Below, piece after piece: positions 18,420-26,556 of a DNA stretch of 53,469 nucleotides. Numbering within the stretch: position 1 is the stretch's first letter; each line of letters opens with the position of its first letter. This stretch comes from an uncultured Bacteroidales bacterium (lineage in GTDB: Bacteria > Bacteroidota > Bacteroidia > Bacteroidales > JAIORY01): the NCBI GenBank assembly GCA_964404485.1, contig CAYOKJ010000004.1, positions 1 through 53,469 of the forward strand, given 5' to 3'. The notes under the pieces were generated by a model, which ran no database searches, was not told the DNA's origin, and saw only the letters and a program-made list of their open reading frames with translations. A program made the position numbers and the translations under genes.

Positions 18420-19622
18420 ATGGGATTAACAAAAAGTTTATATTTATATTCAAAATATTTTACTTTTTCATTGTTTCGAAAGGAACGAACTTTTGTTTTT
18501 AGAGATGCTTCACGATTTTTCTTTTCTTCTTTTCCAAAGAATTTGAATATCAAGCTTGAAAAGGAAAAACCATTTGCCTTGGAAAATGCTGTTAACTGGT
18601 TGCTTCAATCACAGGAAATGATGAAAGATCAGGGTTTTGGTTCATATCATATTATTAATAAATGGTCGAGTTCTTATCCTGAAACTTCAGGTTATATTAT
18701 CCCGACTTTAATAGAGTTTGGCGAAAAAACAAATAATAAAGCTATAATTAAAAAGGCGATTTCTTCAGCTGACTGGCTTGTTGAAATTCAGAAAGAAAGT
18801 GGTGGTTGGCAAGGTGGAAGAGTTGAAGATGATAATCCAGAAATTGTTTTTAATACAGGACAAATTATTAGAGGATTATTAGCTGTTTATAAAATCACAA
18901 AAGAAAATAAATATTTAGACTCAGTTGTAAGAGCTGCTGATTGGCTGTGTTCGGTGCAATCAAAGGAAGGTTTTTGGAAACAAAATGCTTTAATGAATCG
19001 TGAGCGTGTTTATGATTCTTATATGGATGTGCCCCTGATTTTGATTTATTTTTTAACATCTAAGAAAAAATATCTTGAAGTTGCTCAGAAAAATATTGAT
19101 TGGATTATCAACAAAAAACAAAAATCGAATGGCTGGTTTGAAGATTGTGATAACACAATTAAAAATAATGACAGACCTATACTTCATACAATTTCTTATA
19201 CTGTTGATGGTTTGCTCGATTCCGGAATAATTCTTTGTGATGATAAAATGATTGAAGCTGCTGTAAAGCCGGCAAAAATTTTATTAGAAAAATTTCAAAA
19301 AGATGGAATTTTAAATGGAAGGTTCAACAGTAATTGGGAAGGCTCGGAATATATGTTGTTAACCGGATGTGCTCAGATTTCAATAATTTGGATGAAATTA
19401 TATAAAATTGGAAAAGGAAAAGAATATCTTGAAGCTGCAAAAAAAATGAATACTATTTTGGTCGCAATTCAAAAAAGAGGTAAAAAAGAATCTCTGGATA
19501 CAAAAGGTGCACTTTCGGGTTCATTTCCAATTTGGGGTAGGTACGAGCCATTTGCTTTTCCAAATTGGGCTACAAAATATTTTGTCGATTCTTTGATGAT
19601 GGAAAATAATAGTGAAAAATAA
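18420..19622 (+). CDS. Uncharacterised (alpha/alpha)-barrel protein with prenyltransferase/squalene-cyclase-like QW repeats
   Basis: SSYPETSGYII motif; repeats QKESGGW, QSKEGFW, QKSNGWF; no DxDD cyclase motif seen; start reassigned to ATG 18420. Confidence 0.7.
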   Translation: MGLTKSLYLYSKYFTFSLFRKERTFVFRDASRFFFSSFPKNLNIKLEKEKPFALENAVNWLLQSQEMMKDQGFGSYHIINKWSSSYPETSGYIIPTLIEFGEKTNNKAIIKKAISSADWLVEIQKESGGWQGGRVEDDNPEIVFNTGQIIRGLLAVYKITKENKYLDSVVRAADWLCSVQSKEGFWKQNALMNRERVYDSYMDVPLILIYFLTSKKKYLEVAQKNIDWIINKKQKSNGWFEDCDNTIKNNDRPILHTISYTVDGLLDSGIILCDDKMIEAAVKPAKILLEKFQKDGILNGRFNSNWEGSEYMLLTGCAQISIIWMKLYKIGKGKEYLEAAKKMNTILVAIQKRGKKESLDTKGALSGSFPIWGRYEPFAFPNWATKYFVDSLMMENNSEK

Positions 19623-19628
19623 TTAGCT

Positions 19629-21218
19629 TTGACTAATAATAACAAGCACAATATTTTGATTAATAGATTTGGAATTTCTGCTAAGATATTTTCAAATAAG
19701 CCTGCATTGGAAGTAAACGGTAAAAGTTTTTATTATTCTGATCTTGATGAAATATCAAATAAAATAGCAAATTGTATTATTGAAAATTCTGAAAAAGAAA
19801 TTAAAATGGCGGCTGTTTTGGGTCAGAAGAGTTTTGTAACATATTCTGCTGTTCTTGGGATTTTGAAAGCTTCAAAAGCATATGTTCCTTTAAATCCCAG
19901 ATTTCCTGTTGCCCGAACTTTAAAAATGATACAACTCTCAGGTGTTGATACAATTATTGTTAGCCACGAAAGCCTAGATTATTTGAAAGAAGTTTTGCTT
20001 GCGCTTCAAAAGCCTTTAAAAATTATTATTCCAGATATTGAAAATGCTGATGAATTAATTTTAAGTTTTCCGGAGTGTAAGTTTTTATATAAATCGAATA
20101 TTGAAAAAAGCAATAATCCAATAATTATTTCAACTCCTGAAGATATTGCATATTTGCTTTTTACCTCAGGAAGTACAGGCGAACCCAAAGCTGTTGCAGT
20201 TTCTAATTCTAATGTTATTGCATATCTGGATTTTATTTCGGAAAATTATAATCTTACCGAAGATGACAGATTTTCTCAAATCTTTGATCTTACTTTCGAT
20301 CTAAGTGTTCATGATATGTTTGTTTGCTGGCAAAGTGGTGGATGTCTTATTATTCCTGAAAAAGATTCCTCCTTTTTTATGCCGAAATACATCAAGAACA
20401 ATGATATTTCAGTTTGGTTTTCGGTGCCTTCACTCGCTGTTATGATGTCAAAGATGAGATTATTGAAGGCTGATTCTTTTACAAAATTAAAATATAGTTT
20501 CTTTTGTGGTGAACCTTTTTTACTGGAAACAGCATTGAATTGGCAAAAAGCAGCAAGCAAATCTAAAGTGATAAATCTTTATGGCCCTTCAGAAACCACA
20601 ATAGCAATAAGTAGTTGCGAGTTGAATAAAGAAAATAATCCTGAAAAAAGCGGAGTGTTTTCTATTGGAAAAGTATTTTCAAATCAGGAGCATTGCATAA
20701 TAAATAATAATGCTGACGTTTTATTAAATAATAAAATTGGTGAATTATGTTTTAGTGGTTCTCAAGTGATAAATGGCTATTTTAATGACACCGAAAATAC
20801 AAGCAAATGCTTTATCGAAATTCCCGAAAAGGGGAAGAAACTTTGGTATAAAACCGGTGATTTAATAATTGAAGAAAATGGAAATTTGTTTTATATGGGA
20901 CGGTCTGACAGCGAAGTAAAAATAAACGGTTTTAGAGTTAATCTTCAGGAAATTGAACATGTTGTGATGAAATTTTCGAATTCTGAATTTGTTGCTTGCG
21001 TGAGTTATAGTAAATCAAATGATGGAGTAAATAAACTATTTTCTTTTGTATGCCCGACTAAAGATAAAATTATCAGGGAAACTGAAATAATTAGTTTTTG
21101 CAAGGAAAAATTGCCCTGGTATATGATTCCTGAGATGGTATTTATTATTGATGAAATGCCATTAAATGAAAACGGGAAAATTGATAAAAGAGAACTAATT
21201 GAAAAGTATTTAAAATGA
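19629..21218 (+). CDS. Stand-alone amino-acid adenylation enzyme, DltA-like
   Basis: A-domain motifs LLFTSGSTGEPK, FDLSV, FFCGE, YGPSE, YKTGD, GRSDSEVKINGFRV, NGKIDK; no fused C or T domain. Confidence 0.9.
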   Translation: MTNNNKHNILINRFGISAKIFSNKPALEVNGKSFYYSDLDEISNKIANCIIENSEKEIKMAAVLGQKSFVTYSAVLGILKASKAYVPLNPRFPVARTLKMIQLSGVDTIIVSHESLDYLKEVLLALQKPLKIIIPDIENADELILSFPECKFLYKSNIEKSNNPIIISTPEDIAYLLFTSGSTGEPKAVAVSNSNVIAYLDFISENYNLTEDDRFSQIFDLTFDLSVHDMFVCWQSGGCLIIPEKDSSFFMPKYIKNNDISVWFSVPSLAVMMSKMRLLKADSFTKLKYSFFCGEPFLLETALNWQKAASKSKVINLYGPSETTIAISSCELNKENNPEKSGVFSIGKVFSNQEHCIINNNADVLLNNKIGELCFSGSQVINGYFNDTENTSKCFIEIPEKGKKLWYKTGDLIIEENGNLFYMGRSDSEVKINGFRVNLQEIEHVVMKFSNSEFVACVSYSKSNDGVNKLFSFVCPTKDKIIRETEIISFCKEKLPWYMIPEMVFIIDEMPLNENGKIDKRELIEKYLK

Positions 21219-21469
21219 ACGCTGCAGAAATAAAAAACTTTATAATTGAGAATTTGAAAAACAAACTTCAGCAGTTTGATATTAGCCATGGTGAGATTAA
21301 AAAAGATTTTGATTTTGTTCAAAGTGGATTACTCGATTCAATGGCTTTTGTTGAAATGATCTCGGAAATGGAACAGCATTTTAATGTTGAAATTGATTTT
21401 GAGAAAATTGATAAAGAAGATGCTTTTACTACTTTACGCGGAGTTAATGAATTGTTTTTAAATGCATAA
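21215..21469 (+). CDS. Acyl/aminoacyl carrier protein, DltC-like
   Basis: 84 aa and acidic; GLLDSM phosphopantetheine Ser42; ATGA overlap with the adenylation gene. Confidence 0.9.
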   Translation: MNAAEIKNFIIENLKNKLQQFDISHGEIKKDFDFVQSGLLDSMAFVEMISEMEQHFNVEIDFEKIDKEDAFTTLRGVNELFLNA

Positions 21470-21959
21470 GGAAATGGGAAATTTAAAAATAATACAAATA
21501 AAAGATTCGGCAAATGAATTTTTGCCTCAGGTTGAACAACAGTTTGCTGAATTATACAGTTTTATGAAAGACAAAGGATTAAAACTTAATTTGGTTGAAG
21601 ATGGTGAAAAAAAATGGATGAATTCAATAAAAAAAACCATCGGGAAATTTGTTGCTTTATTTGTTGTCCTTGATGGCAAAAAAGTTGCAGGCTTTGTTTC
21701 AGGAATAGTTAAGTTTACACCGGATTATCTCGGAAATCAAAAAGTTGGATTTCTGAGTTATCATTTTGTTGATAAAGAGTATCGGGGAAAAGGAATCGGA
21801 AAAAGTCTATTAAAGTCACTTGAAACCTGGTTTAAAGAGAAAAATATTTCTTCAATTGAAGTTCAGGCGAGTTTTATAAATGAGTATTCGAGGAAATATT
21901 TTGAAAAAAATGGCTATGAAAATGAGCTGGTTCAGTTAAGAAAGTTTGTTAAAAAATAA
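21462..21959 (+). CDS. GNAT family N-acyltransferase
   Basis: Motif A FVDKEYRGKGIGKSLL; overlaps the carrier gene stop. Confidence 0.85.
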   Translation: MHKEMGNLKIIQIKDSANEFLPQVEQQFAELYSFMKDKGLKLNLVEDGEKKWMNSIKKTIGKFVALFVVLDGKKVAGFVSGIVKFTPDYLGNQKVGFLSYHFVDKEYRGKGIGKSLLKSLETWFKEKNISSIEVQASFINEYSRKYFEKNGYENELVQLRKFVKK

Positions 21960-21961
21960 TC

Positions 21962-22825
21962 GTGCAAAAAGAATATATTCCATATCAAAAAATTGTTGAC
22001 CAACTTGATGTTAAAAAAGGCGATACACTTATTCTAGCCTCTAACATCACAAAACTGGCATTTCTTTCACGAAGAAAAGAAAATTCTTTTGATGTAAATC
22101 TTTTTATAGATAGTTTTAAGAAAAGATTAGGAAAAGATGGAACTTTAATAATTCCGGCATATAATCATAATTTAAAATCAGGAGGGAAATTTAATGTTAA
22201 AAATACAATGCCAATTACTGGCACATTAGCTCTTGTAGCTTTAAAACGCAAGGATTTTAAGCGAACCAAAAATCCACTCCATTCATTTCTGGTTTCGGGA
22301 AAATATGCTGATGATTTATGTAAAATGAATAACAAAAGTTCGTTTGGACCTGATTCTCCTTTTGCTTTCTTTTTAGAGAAAAATGCGAAAATGTTATTTG
22401 TATCTACAACTGTTACAGACGCATTTACTTTTACGCATTTTGTTGAGGAATCGGAGAAAGTTCATTATCGAAAATATCAAAAACTAAATATCAAAATTAC
22501 TGATGATAATAATCAGGTTTCTGACGAAGAGTATTTATTTTATAAGAAAAAAACCGGTTGGGATCTTGATTTTAAACCCTTGGAAGAATTATTCAGGGGA
22601 TCAATTTTAAATGAAAAATCTATCAACGGATTGAAATTTCAATCACTAAATATTAGCAATACTTATGAGATTATTAGAAAAGATATTGCTGAAAATAGGG
22701 CAAGAAGTATTGCTTATTTTAGTTTGAAGCTTTTTGTGAAGGATACTGTAAAACAAATATTAGGAAAGTTAAAAATATTTAAAACCACATTTGATAAAAT
22801 TCAAGATGTTAATAATTTATTGTGA
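21962..22825 (+). CDS. AAC(3)/YokD-fold N-acyltransferase
   Basis: LDVKKGDTLILAS, GTLIIPAYN, RTKNPLHSF, SFGPDSPF, TFTHFVEE; GTG start 2 bp after the GNAT gene. Confidence 0.8.
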   Translation: MQKEYIPYQKIVDQLDVKKGDTLILASNITKLAFLSRRKENSFDVNLFIDSFKKRLGKDGTLIIPAYNHNLKSGGKFNVKNTMPITGTLALVALKRKDFKRTKNPLHSFLVSGKYADDLCKMNNKSSFGPDSPFAFFLEKNAKMLFVSTTVTDAFTFTHFVEESEKVHYRKYQKLNIKITDDNNQVSDEEYLFYKKKTGWDLDFKPLEELFRGSILNEKSINGLKFQSLNISNTYEIIRKDIAENRARSIAYFSLKLFVKDTVKQILGKLKIFKTTFDKIQDVNNLL

Positions 22826-24110
22826 TAAAAAAAGTGCAAGACTTGAATACATTTGCAAACTGATTTTTAAAGATGTTTTGGGTGTTGAAATTAGTTTTAC
22901 AACAGATAAAAATGATTTTTCAAAATCAACTTTTGTAAAAATTAATTATTCTAAAGAAAAAATTTCGCAGGATGAATTATTCTTTTTTAGTGATGAATTT
23001 TTGTTTGAAAACAAAATTCGAAAATTTACTCCTGAAGTAATTAAGTTTGAGGATTTGCCTGTTATTTTTCCTAATCAAAATCAAGATTCTGTTTTTCCAT
23101 TCGATCCATTTGCAATGAGCTTTTATTTTGTCAGCCGGTATGAAGAATATTTTATGGATGACAAAAAGGATAAACATGGTAGAGTTAAGGCTGAAGCTTG
23201 CCTGGCTTTTAAAGCCGGCATTCATCATCGTCCTGTTGTTAATATTCTTGCAGATAAAATTAAGCTGTTGATTGAGAATAAAAATCCAACTTTTGTTTTA
23301 CCAGAAAAGGAATATAAATTTATTCCGACTTATGATATAGATATTGCTTTTGCTCATATTGGAAAAGGATTATTGAGGTCGATTGGTGGTTTTGGAAAGC
23401 TTGTAATAAGATTGAAAATCAAGGAATTCTTCGAAAGAATAATGACCCTTGCCGGAATTATTACTGATCCGTACAATAATTTTGATCAGTTGATTGAGCA
23501 ACAAAAAAAATATAATTTAAAATCATTATTTTTTGTAAACCTTGGTGATTATGGAACTTATGACAAAAATATTTCATACAGAAATAAACGACTTCAGAAA
23601 CTGTTAAAAAAGCTTTATAATGAGGTAGAGATTGGAATCCATCCATCATATAATTCAAATAAAAATCCTGAAAAAGTTAAAATTGAAAAAGAAAGACTTG
23701 AAGTAATATTAAATACAGAAGTTGTAAAAAGCAGGCAACATTTTTTAATATTATCTTTTCCTGAAACATATGAAAATTTAATAAAAATTAGTGTTACAGA
23801 TGATTATTCAATGGGTTTTGGATCGCAGATGGGATTTAGAGCAGGCATTTGTAATTCGTACAATTTTTATAATTTAATTGAAGATAAAGAAACATCTTTA
23901 AGAATTCATCCTTTTGCTTTTATGGATACAATGTTTGAAGAATACTTAAGATTAAATCCAACTCAAATATTTGAATACGTAAAACCTCTTATCGAGGAAA
24001 CAAAAAAATACAAGGGCGAATTATTTGTCATTTGGCATAATTATTCATTGAGCGATAATAAAGAAAAGTTGCATCTGTATAAAGAAATTATTAAATTAGC
24101 CAATGAATAA
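22806..24110 (+). CDS. Polysaccharide deacetylase-like protein (CE4/NodB-fold; DUF7033-type)
   Basis: FYFVSRYEEY, PTYDIDIA, EIGIHPSY, SRQHFL, DYSMGF, GFRAG, VIWHN; start at ATG 22806. Confidence 0.75.
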   Translation: MLIIYCDKKSARLEYICKLIFKDVLGVEISFTTDKNDFSKSTFVKINYSKEKISQDELFFFSDEFLFENKIRKFTPEVIKFEDLPVIFPNQNQDSVFPFDPFAMSFYFVSRYEEYFMDDKKDKHGRVKAEACLAFKAGIHHRPVVNILADKIKLLIENKNPTFVLPEKEYKFIPTYDIDIAFAHIGKGLLRSIGGFGKLVIRLKIKEFFERIMTLAGIITDPYNNFDQLIEQQKKYNLKSLFFVNLGDYGTYDKNISYRNKRLQKLLKKLYNEVEIGIHPSYNSNKNPEKVKIEKERLEVILNTEVVKSRQHFLILSFPETYENLIKISVTDDYSMGFGSQMGFRAGICNSYNFYNLIEDKETSLRIHPFAFMDTMFEEYLRLNPTQIFEYVKPLIEETKKYKGELFVIWHNYSLSDNKEKLHLYKEIIKLANE

Positions 24111-24112
24111 AA

Positions 24113-25048
24113 ATGATTAATTATTTAACATACAACGAAATTGATAGTAATAAATGGGATGAATGTATCAGGGCTTCCTTTAACGGGAATGTGTATGCAT
24201 ACACCTGGTATCTTGACATTGTCTGTGAAAACTGGGAGGCACTTGTTGAAGATGATTATGAAAGAGTTTTTCCATTAACCACTAGGAAAAAATTTGGAAT
24301 AAATTATTTGTACCAGCCATTTTTTACACAACAGCTTGGGATATTTTCAAAAAATATTTTAAAAAAAGAAACTGTTGAGAAATTTATAAATTCTATACCT
24401 GAGAAATATAAGTTTGCTGAAATTCTTTTAAATACTTTCAATAAAATTGATAAAAGAAAATTTATAGCTACACCTCAGTTAAATCATGAATTAGATCTTA
24501 TTAGTTCATACAAAATCCTAGAACGGCATTACTCAAAAAACACAAAGCGAAATATTAAAAAAGCTGAAAAGGCAGGTTTAAAAATTATTAAAAATGTTAA
24601 ACCAGACGAAATTATTGAACTTTTTAGAAATAATCGTGGAAAAACTGTGATGACACTTAAAGAGAGAAATTATACAATTTTAAGTAGGTTAATTTATGCA
24701 GCTATCTACAGAGGAATTGCTCAAATTTATGGTGCTTATACTCAAAACAATCAATTGTGTTCGGCTGTAGTGTTTATTGAAGGAAACAAAAAAGCTGTTT
24801 TTATTTTTTCAGGAAGCAACTCAGAAGCGAGAGAAAACGGTGCAATGCCTTTTTTAATTGATGCTTTTATTAAAGACAATTCTGATAAACATTTAACTCT
24901 TGATTTTGATGGATCAAACGATGAGAATCTTGCACGTTTTTATAAAGGATTTGGTTCGAAAGAGGTGTTTTATTTAAAGTTGGAGTTTAATAAATTATCC
25001 GGATTTGCCGGACAAGTTTTAAAAGTATATAAAAAGATGAAAGCTTAA
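24113..25048 (+). CDS. FemAB-like/GNAT-fold acyltransferase
   Basis: KWDECI, YAYTWYLD, YQPFFTQQLG, YSKNTKRNIKKA, LDFDGS, LARFYKGFG. Confidence 0.75.
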   Translation: MINYLTYNEIDSNKWDECIRASFNGNVYAYTWYLDIVCENWEALVEDDYERVFPLTTRKKFGINYLYQPFFTQQLGIFSKNILKKETVEKFINSIPEKYKFAEILLNTFNKIDKRKFIATPQLNHELDLISSYKILERHYSKNTKRNIKKAEKAGLKIIKNVKPDEIIELFRNNRGKTVMTLKERNYTILSRLIYAAIYRGIAQIYGAYTQNNQLCSAVVFIEGNKKAVFIFSGSNSEARENGAMPFLIDAFIKDNSDKHLTLDFDGSNDENLARFYKGFGSKEVFYLKLEFNKLSGFAGQVLKVYKKMKA

Positions 25049-25101
25049 ATAACTAAAAGCATTTTTAATTTCTGGTATTTTAAGTGCTTTAAAAAATTGT
25101 G

Positions 25102-25109
25102 TATTTTTG
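25102..25109 (+). promoter_or_regulatory. Candidate -7 element (TATTTTTG) for the ABC permease gene
   Basis: TAnnTTTG match about 77 nt upstream of the ATG. Confidence 0.4.
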
Positions 25110-25185
25110 ATTTCTTGATAAAATAAGAAGAGTTTGACTTTATTGACAGACTATAAGTTGGGATAATCTTTAAAATAATATTAAA

Positions 25186-26430
25186 ATGATCAAAAACCTT
25201 ATAATAGAAAATATTCACATTTCTCTCGAATCAATAAGAAGTCATAAGGTCAGAGCAATTCTTACTGTGATGATTATTGCTTTTGGGATAATGGCCCTTG
25301 TAGGGATTTTAACTGCAATTGATTCCATAAAAAATTCATTAAATGAGAATTTTGCAATGATGGGTTCAAACACCTTTACTATGCGTAACAAAGAACTCCA
25401 CGTTCAAATGGGAGGGAGGAGTGGTCGTCCGAAAAATTTTAGGAATATTAATTATGATGAAGCAATGACCTTTAAGGATCGATTTATTTTTCCTGCAGTT
25501 GTTTCTGCTTATACCTGGGGTACAGGAATAGCAACATTAAAATATAAATCTGAAAAGACAAATCCGAATATTCAGGTTCTTGGAATTGATAACGAATACC
25601 TTGCTACTGCCGGATTAAAAATGGGAAATGGTAGAAATTTTAATAATAATGAAATTTATTATGGAGCGCATGTTGCCATAATTGGAAACGAAATAAAAAC
25701 AAATTTATTCAAAGAAAATGAAGAACCGCTTGGTAAAATAATTTCGATTGGATCAGGAAAGTACCTTGTTGTTGGTGTTTTAGAAGAAAAAGGTTCGAGT
25801 GTTGGTTTTAGTGGTGACAGACGTTGTCTGGTTCCGGTAAATAATGTCAGGCAGTATTTCGGTCGTCCAAACATGAATTTTTCAATTAATGTTATGACAG
25901 ATAATCCGGAAGATATTGAGTTGGCAATTGATGAAGCAACCGGGGTTTTTAGAATTATCCGTGAAGATCCTTTGGGCGAAGTAAGTAGTTTTGGAATTAC
26001 AAAGAGTGATACAATTGCCAGTATGTTGATAGATTTGATAAAATATGTTACCCTTGCTGCTACAATTATTGGATTGATTACATTAGTGGGTGCTGCCATC
26101 GGACTGATGAATATTATGCTAGTCTCTGTTACCGAACGGACAAGAGAAATTGGAATACGAAAATCTGCGGGAGCTACAAGTCGTACTATTAGAAATCAAT
26201 TTCTTGTTGAAGCAATTGTTATTGCCCAGATGGGTGGTATTGTTGGAATTATTCTTGGAATTATTGCAGGTAATATTGTTTCTATGATTTCTGGAACTGC
26301 ATTTATTGTACCCTGGATGTGGGTTTTGCTCGGTGTTGTTTTGTGCTTAATTGTTGCACTTGCATCTGGTATTCTTCCTGCAACAAAAGCTGCTAAACTC
26401 GACCCCATCGAATCGTTGAGGTATGAATAA
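25186..26430 (+). CDS. MacB/FtsX-family ABC transporter permease
   Basis: RAILTVMIIAFGIMALV, periplasmic domain, GLMNIMLVSVTERTREIGIRK, PATKAAKLDPIESLRYE. Confidence 0.93.
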   Translation: MIKNLIIENIHISLESIRSHKVRAILTVMIIAFGIMALVGILTAIDSIKNSLNENFAMMGSNTFTMRNKELHVQMGGRSGRPKNFRNINYDEAMTFKDRFIFPAVVSAYTWGTGIATLKYKSEKTNPNIQVLGIDNEYLATAGLKMGNGRNFNNNEIYYGAHVAIIGNEIKTNLFKENEEPLGKIISIGSGKYLVVGVLEEKGSSVGFSGDRRCLVPVNNVRQYFGRPNMNFSINVMTDNPEDIELAIDEATGVFRIIREDPLGEVSSFGITKSDTIASMLIDLIKYVTLAATIIGLITLVGAAIGLMNIMLVSVTERTREIGIRKSAGATSRTIRNQFLVEAIVIAQMGGIVGIILGIIAGNIVSMISGTAFIVPWMWVLLGVVLCLIVALASGILPATKAAKLDPIESLRYE

Positions 26431-26482
26431 AGAAATTCAGATAATGAATGTTTAAATATCCTTAGATTTATCAAAACTAAAA

Positions 26483-26520
26483 TTACTGAGGAATTTAAAT
26501 GATTTTAAACTCCTCAGTAA
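26483..26520. terminator. Inverted repeat between convergent genes (probable bidirectional terminator)
   Basis: ttactgagga-a-tttaaa / tgat loop / tttaaa-c-tcctcagtaa (one mismatch), followed by a T-rich tract. Confidence 0.65.
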
Positions 26521-26556
26521 ATATTTTTTTTGTATTAAATGTTGTTCTTCTTTATT

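Noticed and set aside
18420-19622. Squalene-hopene cyclase call for the QW-repeat protein
   Set aside because: Too short (400 aa, one barrel) and lacks the DxDD motif
19629-21469. NRPS secondary-metabolite cluster or canonical dltABCD
   Set aside because: No condensation or thioesterase domains and no DltB (MBOAT) or DltD gene in the window; gene symbols withheld
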